DNA of 64,000 bases from contig JAXLNO010000844.1 of assembly GCA_038087875.1 (NCBI GenBank), positions 1 through 64,000 on the forward strand, written 5' to 3'. The notes beneath the pieces are model-generated. The model did no database searches. It saw nothing but the letters and a program-made list of their open reading frames with translations, and was not told where the DNA came from. This document shows positions 1 through 10,270 of this stretch, piece after piece; position 1 is the first letter of the stretch, and each line of letters begins with the position of its first letter. The DNA comes from Malacoraja senta. Its lineage: Eukaryota. A program made the position numbers and the translations under genes.

Positions 1-30
1 GTTAAATAGTGCTGTGGGCGGCTGTTAAAC

Positions 31-82
31 ATGCTTCTTTTTACCTTACTGAACACTTACGGTGTGGCCACTGTCTCCTCTG
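31..82 (+). CDS. MHC class I exon 1, signal peptide (MLLFTLLNTYGVATVSS)
   Basis: ATG at 31, 17 mostly hydrophobic/small codons plus 1 nt, then strong donor G|GTAAGC at 83. The phase-1 junction joins exon 2 in frame (G+AT = Asp). Confidence 0.8.
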
Positions 83-385
83 GTAAGCAATACTGCTTCA
101 ACCTGTGAACTTTGAGGAAACAACAAAACTGATTATATTTACTGTTGCACAGTGCCTGTGTTTGCCCTGGGTTCATTGTCTTGGATGTATTAATTGAATG
201 ATTGAATTGAATGTATTAATAATTTTGGGTAACGGTCTTTCCTTAGTTGTAAAGGCTCCTGTGGGAAGTTATATATACTATGGTTACCTTGGCAATCCAT
301 TGAACAGAAGAACTGAATACATGTAAATAATGAACATAGAACATAGTACAATACAGCACAGGAGCAGGTCCTTCAGTCCTTCAGT

Positions 386-413
386 CTGAAGAAGGGTCTC
401 GACCCGAAACGTC
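386..413 (+). ncRNA. Minimal hammerhead-ribozyme motif of a Penelope-like element end
   Basis: CTGAAGA-A-GGGT(CTCG)ACCC-GAAA-C-GTC: CUGANGA core, 4-bp stem II, GAAA, palindromic ACGT stem III, GUC triplet. Confidence 0.7.
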
Positions 414-2362
414 ACCCGTTCCTTTTCTCCAGAGATGCTGCCTGACCCGCTGTTACCTCAGCATTTTGTCTACCTTCGGCCCACAATGTCTGTGCCGAAC
501 AAACTAAACTAATCTCCTCTACCTGTATGTGATCTGTATCCGGCCATTCCCTGCCTATCTATGTACCTATCTAAAAGCCTCTGAAATGTAACTGTTATAT
601 CTGCCACCATCACCACAACCACCACTGGCAGCGCGTTACAGATGTCCACCACCCTCCACATAAAACAACTTGCTCCGCTCATCTCCTTTGAACATTGCTT
701 CTCCAACCTTAAAGTGATGTTCTCTGGTCTTCAACATTTCCACCCTGGGAAAAAGGTTCTGGCTGTCCACTCTGTCTGTGCCTCTCACCATGTTGTGCAC
801 TTTCATCAGGTCTCCCTTCAACCTCCAGTATACAAGAGAAAACAATCCATGTTTGTCCAATCTGTCCTTGCACTAATGCCTCAGACAGAATTCAGGTGAT
901 GTGCACTTTCAATAAAGAAGTGACTTCTGCATTAGTAGGTGTTCCACCTCTCCAAGATTTCCTCAGCTGGTGTTAGACACCCACATGATGGTAAAATTCA
1001 GCCTGCATTAAATGACCAATCAATGTTGTGTTAATGTTGTTGCCATCTTGTTGTTTGTTGCATGCTTCCTGTCCTGCAGACCCTATCCATTACCCCATCA
1101 CCACTTCCCCAGAAGACGATAATGAGATTTAAGAAGCTTGAGGATAGGCACGTAGATATGCAGGGAATTGAGGGATATAAATCATCTACAAGCATGAAGA
1201 GTTTAGTTGAACTTGACATCATGTTCGGCACAGACATTGTGGCCGAACTCCAGCCCATTACACCCTTAATGAACAAAAATCTATCAATCTCAATCTGGAA
1301 ATTTTCAAGTGGGCAACATATTCAACAGATTACAGAATCGAGAACCAGAGGACATAGGTTTAAATTGAGGGGGGAAAGATTTAATGGGAATCTGATGAGC
1401 AATTTCTTCCCACACAATGGTACCTTTCTAACTATTCTGACATTCGTCAAGGCTTGGAGATTACAAACCTACTCGTCCTGAAAGTTTAATCCCATTGTTA
1501 TCAAATGAAAGTAAATATAATGGTGTTAAAGAAGGAACTGCAGATGCTGGAAAATCGAAGGTACACAAAAATGCTGGAGAAACTCAGCGGGTGCAGCAGC
1601 ATCTATGGAGCGAAGGAAATAGGCAACGTTTCGGGCCGAAACCATATAATGGTGATGGCCATGTTGAAATAATAACATATAAAACAAAAATCCTCGGCTG
1701 TGGAGTGTTTTGGGAAGCCACATGGATTTTATCGTTACTGTATTCCACTCTTAGCCATCTTATGTTTCTCCTGGTAACACTGAAACAGACACTTCTAACT
1801 CTGCCCTCGGGGCCCCTTCTCACTTCACTTAAACACATGAACTTTGACACTGTCTGGTGTGCTGCATGTAATCTTTATCACAGAACAAATACTGCTTATG
1901 CATGTGGAAACAAGAAACTGCACATGCTGGTTAATACACATAAAATACTGGAGTAATTCAGCAGGTCAGGCAGTATGTCTGGAGAACATGGTTAGGTGAT
2001 GTTTCAGTTGACACAAGTGTAGGAAGGAAGTGCAGATGTGTAAGAAGGAACTGCAGAAGCTGATTTAAACCGAAGATAGACAATAAAGCTGGAGTAACTC
2101 AGCGGCACAGGCAGCATCCCTAGAGAGAAGGTATGGGTGACGTTTCGGGTCGAGACCCTTCTTCTGACTGCTGATGCAGATGCTGGTTTACACCGAAGAT
2201 AGATACAAAAGGCTGGAGTAACTCAGCAAGTCAGGCAGCATCGCTGGAGAAAAGGAATAGGTGGAGTTTCAGGTCAAGACACTGCATCAGACAGAGTCGG
2301 GGGTGCATATATTTCATTGTACTTTGTCATATCTCTCGGTTCTCTGTCCCCTGACTCTCATT

Positions 2363-2390
2363 CTGAAGAAGGGTCTCGACACGAAACGTC
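2363..2390 (+). ncRNA. Minimal hammerhead motif, one stem II mismatch
   Basis: CTGAAGAAGGGTCTCGACACGAAACGTC. Confidence 0.55.
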
Positions 2391-3520
2391 ACCTTTTCCT
2401 TTTCTCCGGAGATGCTGCCTGACCCACTGAGTTACTCCAGTATTTTGTGTCGAGTTTCAATTTAGGCCCTGTTTATCTCAGTCTCCACCACCCCCCCCCC
2501 CCCCCCCATCTCTATGAGCTGTGTTGCAGCTGCCTATGAGGACCTGGACTCAATCCTGATCTCTTACAACCTGGCTTTTTTTCCCCCCTGCAAACGTGTG
2601 TTTGCTATGGTTATTCCAGTTTCCCCGCACGTCCCCAAAATGCCGGGCTGAAAGGTAAATTGGCCAGTGTGAATTGGTCATGCATATGTATTAGAATTGG
2701 TGGAGGGGATGAGGGAGGTGTTAATGGGAGATTGGCAAATATTAAAAGGGTTAGCGTACCACAGGTATAAATAGGTGTTTGATGGTCACCACGAACTTGG
2801 TGGGCTAAAGGGCCTTTTATGTGCTGTACCCAGTGGACATAAGTTTAAGATGAGGGGGGAATGATTTAATAGGAACCTGAGGCATAGCATTGTTACACAA
2901 AGGGTGGTGGGTGTACTGAATGAACTGCCGGAGAAGGTAGTTCAGGCGCGTACTATCACGACATTTAAGAATCATTTAATCAGGTACATGGATAGGATAG
3001 GCTTATAAGGATATGGGCCTCAGTCAGCTGTAGAGCCCACATCAATGGATATTTCTCAGGTGGAGATTAACAGATTCTTGATCAGTATGGGTTTCAAGGG
3101 TTATGGGGTGCAGGCAGGAGAATGAGGTTGATAGGGAGAGATAGCTCAGCCATGATTGAATGGCCGATGGGCTGAATGGCCTAATTATTCTCCTAGAACT
3201 TATGTACTGATGAAATACAGGCAGTGTAGATGAGGCATGTTGGTTGGTGTGGCAAGTTGAGCCATAGGCCCTGATTCCCTGCTGTATGACTCTTTGACTT
3301 TACCTCTCTATGATTCTATAAAGTCTCCTTGACATTGTCCAGTTTCTTAATATAATAAAATATTCTTCAAATTTTGGAATATTGTAACTAGTAGAACCTA
3401 TCGACATGATAGACAATAATAGATCTTTGAAGATGGGAAACAATCCAGTAGGATCATTCAATACCTCGACCATAATTGGTGGAGTAGGTATCAGAGCCCA
3501 TCATGCCAACTCTTGAAGAA

Positions 3521-3829
3521 GGCTCAGTGGTGCAGCGGTAGACTTACTCGATTACAGCACCATAGACCCAGGTTGGATCCTGATTACGGATGCTGTCTGT
3601 ACGGAGTTTGTCCATTCTCCCCATTACCGTGTGGGTTTTTCCCGAGATGTTCGGATTCTTCCCACATTCCAAAGACGTATAGGTTTGTAGGTTAATTGGC
3701 TTGGTCTAGAATGTAAATTGTCCCTAGTGTGTGTAGGATAGTGTTATTGTGTGGGGGTTGCTGGTCAGTGTGGACTCGCACGAAGGGCCTGTTTCCATGC
3801 TGTATCTCTAAGCTAAAAACTAAACTAAA
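3521..3829 (+). mobile_element. HE1-type elasmobranch SINE
   Basis: tRNA-like head (GGCTCAGTGGTGCAGCGG...GGTTGGATCC), conserved core, CR1-type tail GAAGGGCCTGTTTCCATGCTGTATCTCTAA(ACTAA)n. Confidence 0.8.
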
Positions 3830-4019
3830 GGCTCCTGACCCAAATTGTCACCTGATTATTGATGCTGCCTGCCCCACTGAGTTCATCCAGCACTTGCATC
3901 TGCAGGTCCTTGTGACTCCCTTATTCAAAGTTATTGTATTGTTATCAGTTTTAGCATTAATAACTTAGTTATTTTCAGTGAATGATACAATCATACTTAT
4001 TTTTGTTTATGCATTGCAG

Positions 4020-4280
4020 ATTTACACCATCTTGCATTTTACTACCTGTTGAACCATGGATTGAATGAGCTGCCTGAGTACAGTATGGTAGCAATGCTGG
4101 ATGACGTCCAGATAGCATATTTTGACAGCACACTAGAGCGGGCTGTTCCCAGACAGCGATGGATGGCCCAGTCTTTCCCGCAGGATCACTGGGATTCAAT
4201 GGCCATCACAGTTGCAGGTTTTCATGGGATTGTCAGAGGAAATGCTGAGATAGTCTACCAACAGCAACATGGTATCTCAA
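4020..4280 (+). CDS. MHC class I exon 2, alpha1 domain (DLHHLAFYYLLNHGLNELPEYSMVAMLDDVQIAYFDSTLERAVPRQRWMAQSFPQDHWDSMAITVAGFHGIVRGNAEIVYQQQHGIS)
   Basis: Acceptor tttatgcattgcAG at 4018-4019, donor GTAAGT at 4281. 261 bp, open frame, class I alpha1 motifs (PEY, LDD.QIAYFDS, PRQRWM, HW). Confidence 0.93.
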
Positions 4281-6025
4281 GTAAGTGTCGTGAGCGGACC
4301 TGGGGTAGACACTCAGTGATGACACAGATGGATTTTGTTTTACTTTTATTGTTGACACATGATTCTCTGATACACTTTTTTTGCATTAGTCAATCACATC
4401 AAAGAAAACTATTCATAAATACAATCAAACCAAACTCGTACAATAGGTAGAGCAAAGAGTGCAGAATGTAGTTCTCAGCATTGTAATGTACCAGTGCCAG
4501 AGACAAAGTCCAGTGTCTACAATGGGGTTGAGGTGAACCCTAGCATAAGGGAGGACTGTTCAGAAACCTGATAACATAGGGGAGGAAACAGTTACTGAGT
4601 CTGGTGGTGCACGCTTTAATGCTTACGTACCTTCTGCAGGAAGAAGGAGTGACCAGAACGGGACAAATCTTTGATTATGTTGTCTGCTTTCCTGAACCAG
4701 TTGAAATACAGATGGATTCACTGGTGGGGAATCATGTTTGTGTGATCGATTGTGCTACATCTCCACCTCTCTGCAATTTCCAGCGGTCTTGGGCAGAACT
4801 CTTTCCAAACTAAGTTGTGATGCAACCTGTCAGTATGCTTTCTATGGCACATTTATAGAAGTTTGTAAGAGTCATTGGAGATGCCGCATTTCCTTAGTCT
4901 CCTGAGGCAGTAGGGGAACCAGAAACTCTCAACCTTTTTCACTTCAGCACCATTGATGCTGTTTCAGACATTTACTCCATAACATTTTGATAGAGACACG
5001 GCCCATCGTCTATATTTAATGTGTCCTAACTGCTGAACACACAGTCATAACAGTTGGCTGGTGATAGTCTCTTTATGGGTTAAGCATTTGATATTCAACA
5101 CCAGTAATAAGTGGATGGATTGGATCATCTGTTTTGTTGGGCTGGAATGAGGGAGAAACCATTAGTTTATTTATAGCCTGATCATCTAGAGATGGGATCT
5201 TGATTTAAGCTGGTTGATGGTGACTATGAGGTATTCCCTCAGTAATAATATTGTGTTAATCCAGCATCCCCTCAATATTGGCAACAATCCTCAGAGGGTG
5301 TAGCAATCCCACACAGTGCAACAGCCTTGATGTACTTCCCATCTGCATTGCCTTAACCTTCAGACTGACCTGTTGGCTCTGTAGCATTGCCCATCTGACA
5401 ATGCACTTCTTCCTCTGTTCTTTATGTACGACAGTGCAGAATCTGAGTTCCACCCTTCTGACACAGCAGAACTCCTTTAGTGTTACATCCGCAACAGTAA
5501 AGCTCCCCCCCCATAACACTTGAGGTTAGTCCATGCCCTCAGTATATAGACCATGGGTCATTGAGTCACACATCATGGAAACCGGCCCTTCTGCTCACTG
5601 AATCCACATTGATCATCCATTGTGCTAAGATGGAGTCACAGCAAACTGCAGATGCTGCCAATCTGAATTTAAAACAAACAGGAGGAACTCAACGAGTCAG
5701 GCAGCATGCTGTGGAAAAATGGACAGAAAACATATGAGACCAGGACCATTTAGAGTGATGGGGTAGAGTGGAGAAAGCTGGAAAAGAAAAGTAGTCTGTG
5801 TAGGATAGTGTTAATATGCGGGGACCACTGGTCGGTGCGGACTCGGTGGGCCGAAGGGCCTGTTTCCGCGCTGTATCTCTGAGCTAAACCTGCTCCTGTG
5901 CTGTACAGCTCCATGTTGTGTTCTGTTATGCCTGTTTGTACCATGCTGAGAACTGATTTGTAAATTGCCTCTCCCTTCCATCCACTCTCCCCAACACAAA
6001 TCCTCCACCCCTACCTCAGCCCCAG

Positions 6026-6301
6026 CTGTTTGCTTTGTGCAGGGTTTCTGCGGCTGTGAAGTGGACAGTGACAATTCCACTGATGGGTTTGTCAGACTGG
6101 GTTATGATGGGGAGGATGCCTGTGCTTTTGACAAGGACAGAATGCACTGGATTGCACTACGTCCAGATTTCCAGATGCTAGCAGATCGGTGGAACGTCAA
6201 CACCTTCATGAACAAGTATTTTAAAGATCTCCTGGAGAAGGACTGTGTGAAGTGGCTGCGGATATATCTGGAGTGTGGACAAGAAGCACTACAGAGGAGA
6301 G
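6026..6301 (+). CDS. MHC class I exon 3, alpha2 domain (TVCFVQGFCGCEVDSDNSTDGFVRLGYDGEDACAFDKDRMHWIALRPDFQMLADRWNVNTFMNKYFKDLLEKDCVKWLRIYLECGQEALQRR)
   Basis: Pyrimidine tract and AG at 6024-6025 (alternative in-frame AG at 6018-6019), donor GTACAC at 6302. 276 bp; canonical C101/C164, GYDGED, W133, W147, W167. Confidence 0.93.
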
Positions 6302-6403
6302 GTACACGACGTAGGCACTCTGACTGATGGGCCAGAGGATATCCTCTGGATAGATCAGGTGGGAAATATCATGCACTTCAGGCTGTCACTTGAGTAATTA
6401 TTT

Positions 6404-6693
6404 AGTTTAGTTTAGAGATACAGCGCGGAAACCCACCGAGACCGCACCGAGCAGCCATGCCCGCACACTAACACTATCCTACACACACTAGGGACAATTT
6501 GCATTTATACCAATCCAATTAACCTACAAATTTGTACGTCTTTCGAGTGTGAGGGGAAACCGAAGATCTCGGATAAAACCCATGCAGGTCACAGGGAGAA
6601 CGTACAAACTCTGTAAAGACAAGCACCCGTAGTTAGTAACAAACCCAGGTCTCTGGCGCTGTAAGGCAGTAGCTCGACCGCTTCGCCACCCTG
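6404..6693 (-). mobile_element. HE1-type SINE (MHC intron 3)
   Basis: Reverse complement of the 3521-3829 family with (TTTAG)n tail. Confidence 0.8.
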
Positions 6694-7505
6694 TTCTACA
6701 ACGTGGGTATCAGTAAATTGTCTGGCAACGTGCCTCTTAGATGGAACCAGTGGGTAGGAAGTGCAAGTGAAAGATAAATATTGTACCAGTGTCCTTTATC
6801 CACAGTCATATAGATATTCAGGAAATGGAGGAATATGTATCTTGGTCTTATGTTTAGCACCGACCTTGTGGCCTGAAGGGTCTGTTGCTGAACTGATCAG
6901 AAACCCAATCAGATTCTCTATTTGCCTCTATTACTCCTTGGGATGGTGACATTCAATTTCCAACAGTTCTCTATTTGAAGAACTTCTTCCTCCCATTCCC
7001 TCTTGGAATATTTAGTGTTATTATTCAGCAGAGATTCATGAACAGGTAGAAGCAATCATGTCTACAGTATCAATCCCAATGGTGAGTTATACTCCTCCAT
7101 TGGGCCTGCATTCCCCTTTCATCTGTGCTGTCAGTTAAAGTCTGGAGCTAAGATAAGGAGCATGTCAGTGATATTAAAGCTAAATGTTTTGTTGTTTTGC
7201 CAGAAATGCAAAATGAAAAGAGAAAAGGCTGTAAACTTTGTGCAAGATAGAACTGCAGATGATGGTTTACACTGAAGATAGAAGATGTTGGTGTAACTCA
7301 GTGGGTCAGATAGCATCTCTGGGCATTCCTTCTCTCCAGAATGCTGCCTGACCTGCTGAGTTATTCCAGCATTTTGGGTCTAGGCTGAAAACTTAGTTCA
7401 GCCAGAGAAAAAACTCTGATTGGGAAAGTGGTGAGTTGCAGTGATCTTACAATTGAAGGCTTTTGTTCATGTCTTCACTGATTCTGACTCTTCTTACACT
7501 TGCAG

Positions 7506-7778
7506 AAACCCCTGAGGTGTTTATTGGGATTAAACGTGATGGGTCGCAATCACTGAGACTCTCCTGCCTTGTCACAGGCTTCTAGCCACGGGCCATCGAT
7601 GTAACGTGGCTGAGAGATGGTGAGGGGGTCCATGAGTCTGAATCCAGTGATCTGTTGCCCAATTGGGATGGGACTTACCAGCTGAAGAATACAATTCAAC
7701 TGAATAGAGAAGATGTGGCAAAATTCTCCTGTTACATCGAACATGCAACTCTGCTGCAGGGAGTCAATGTTCCACAGG
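7506..7778 (+). pseudogene. MHC class I exon 4, alpha3 Ig-C1 domain with in-frame TAG at 7583-7585 (ETPEVFIGIKRDGSQSLRLSCLVTGF*PRAIDVTWLRDG...DGTYQLKNTIQL...FSCYIEHATLLQGVNVPQ)
   Basis: Acceptor ttcttacacttgcAG at 7504-7505, donor GTAAGT at 7779. Both Ig cysteines present; GGC TTC TAG CCA replaces the conserved GFYP motif. Confidence 0.9.
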
Positions 7779-7861
7779 GTAAGTGGCAAGTCAATGAGGC
7801 TGATCACTTGAGACCATAAACCTCCTGGACTGAGATAACAGTCTCAACTCACACTCTTAAC

Positions 7862-8510
7862 TAAGCTGTGGATTTAGACTTTAGGCTTTAGAGATATGCT
7901 GCAGATACAGGCCCCTCAGCTCACTGAGTCCTCGCTGAATAGTGATCAACCCATACATTTACACTAACCTACACAGTACGGACAATTTACAATTTTACCT
8001 AAGCCAAGTAACCTACAAACCTGTATGTCTTTGTAGTGTGGGAGGAAACCCACGCAGTCACAGGGAGAACATACAATGTCCTTGCAGACAGCACCTGTAG
8101 TCAGGATCAAACCCAGGTCTCTGGTGCAGTAAGGCAGCAGCTCTACCGCTACGCCACTGTGCCACCCATTATTAATTTGTGGTTATCTAATTGCTCATAA
8201 TTATTGATAGTCAATGGAATGTGGTTTTAGTTTAAGAGATACAGCGCAGAAACCGGCCCTTCAGCCCACCGAGTCTGCGTCAACCAGCGATCCCTGCACA
8301 CTTACATTATCTTACTTATTAGGGGACAATTTACAATTATACCAAGCCAATTAACCTACAAACCTGTATGTCTTTGGACTGAGTGAGGAAACCGGAGATC
8401 CAGGCAAAACCCACGCAAGTCCCGGGGAGAAGGTACAAAACTCTGTACAGACGGGACCCGTAGTCAGAATTGAACCGGGTCTCTGGCGCTATAAGGCAGC
8501 AGTTCCACCG
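7862..8510 (-). mobile_element. Two adjacent HE1-type SINEs (~7862-8167, ~8226-8510)
   Basis: Same core (ccaattaacctacaaacctgta) and tail as the other copies. Confidence 0.8.
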
Positions 8511-9649
8511 AGTGGGCAAAGCAGAGCCAAATGGAATACAGTGTAGCAAGTGTCTGGTTTTACATTTTGGCAGTCGGAATAAAGACATAGACTATTTTCT
8601 AAATGGGGAGAGAATTGAGAAACCTGAGCTACAAAGTGGGAGTACTAGTGCAGGATTCCCAAATAGTTCATTTGCAGATTGAGTCAGTGGTAAGTAAGGC
8701 AAATGCAATGCCAGCATTCATTTCGGGGGGCGTAGAATATAAAAACAATAATATAATGCTGAGGATTTATCGGGCACTGGTGAAGACACATTTGGAATAT
8801 TGTGAGCAGTTTTGGGCTCCATATTAGAAAGGATGTGCTGGCTTTGGAGAGGGTCGAGAGGATGTATGTCCTGGGGATGATTGATTTAACGTATGAGGAG
8901 TGTTTGAAGTCTCTGTGCCTGTGCTCATGGGATTTAGAAGGATGAGGTGGGAATCTCATTGAAACCTACCAGCAGGGCCGGATTTAGATGAAGAGAGGCC
9001 CTAAGCTGTTCCACTTGTGAGGCCCCCCCCCAATCCCCCACCCCCACGACCAGAGGAAGATGGTCCACCAGATTGACACCGATTTGCAGCCGAGCGTGGC
9101 CAATGAGATAAGGGGCTGGAAAGCTGGGCTTTATTTATTTATTTATTGCCACTGCTAGTGTCGAGTTATTGGCTTAAAACACTATTATTCTGAAATGGAG
9201 GGCAAGGAAAATTACTGAAGTGTTGTTTAGAGACTACAGTGCGTTGTGACAGCATATGTAAGAAAGGCCTATGACAGTGTCAAAAATATTATACACCTTG
9301 CAGGGCTCTCACTTAATTTTTTTTCTCTGTTGTCAGCCGGGCAACCTTGGTAGCTTTTTAAGTTGCCAAATGACAGTTTAGGTGGTTATTTAAGATGGCT
9401 TGCATGACACGTGCGATAATGTGCTCGGACGACCAGTCAGAATTATGCTCAATGAAGCATTCACATATTATTTCTGCTTCAAATAAAGCCACAAACTAAA
9501 CATATTCACCAATCAGGACATGATATATACCACAATGACATGCAGCACAATTATAATACTGTATCTTAACTCTTTTTACACGTTGCAATGAATGCAATTT
9601 CTATTATTTCTTTCCACTTCCAAAAAAAAATGTGGTTGGATTATTCAGC

Positions 9650-10270
9650 GTATGATCAACCTCGGTGAGAACAAGTGCAGGCTTGGCGATTGCTTCGCAC
9701 AACACCTCCACTCAGTTCGCAATAACCAACCTGATCTCCCGGTGGCTCAGCACTTCAACTCCCCCTCCCATTCCGAATCTGACCTTTCTGTCCTGGGCCT
9801 CCTCCATGGCCAGAGTGAGGCCCACCGCATATTGGAGGGGCAGCACCTCATATTTGCTTGGGTAGTTTACACCCCAGCGCTATGCACATAGGCTTCTCTA
9901 ATTTCAGGTAGTCCTTGCTTTCTCCCTCCTTCCCCTCCCATTCCCAGCTCTCCCACAGCCTACTGTCTCCGTCTCTTCCTTTATTTTTCATGTCATTCCC
10001 CCCCCCCCGACATCAATCTGAAGAAGGGTCTCGACCCGAAACATCGTCTATTCCTTCGCTCCACAGGTGCTGCCTCACCCGCTGATTTTCTACAGCTTTT
10101 TTGTCTACCAATGGGATCCCACAACTGGCCACATCTTCCCATCTCCTCCCCTGTTGGCTTTCCATAGAGACCGCTCCCTCCGTAACTCCCTGGTCAATTC
10201 GTCCCTTCCCACCCAAACCACCCCCTCTCCTGGCACTTTCCATTGCAACTGCAGGAAATGCTACACTTGG
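9650..10270 (+). mobile_element. Penelope-like retroelement fragment: GIY-YIG C-terminus, 3' UTR with hammerhead, then an RT-EN linker fragment
   Basis: GENKCRLGDCFAQHLHSVRNNQPDLPVAQHFNSPSHSESDLSVLGL...EGQHLIF, TAG at 9909-9911. After the tail: DPTTGHIFPSPPLLAFHRDRSLRNSLV...CNCRKCYT. Confidence 0.85.
10018..10045 (+). ncRNA. Minimal hammerhead motif in the 3' UTR of a Penelope GIY-YIG fragment
   Basis: CTGAAGAAGGGTCTCGACCCGAAACATC, about 110 bp after the endonuclease stop codon. AUC triplet; palindrome broken. Confidence 0.6.

Noticed and set aside
2137-2166. Hammerhead copies near 2140, 22120, 22770, 32940, 40640, 63420 as functional ribozymes
   Set aside because: Core substitutions (CAGA for CUGA, AAAA for GAAA, or broken stem II); counted only as degenerate family members.
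4281-4450. ORF extension beyond alpha1 (and 5965-6025, 6302-6327 around alpha2)
   Set aside because: Intronic read-through past clear splice sites.
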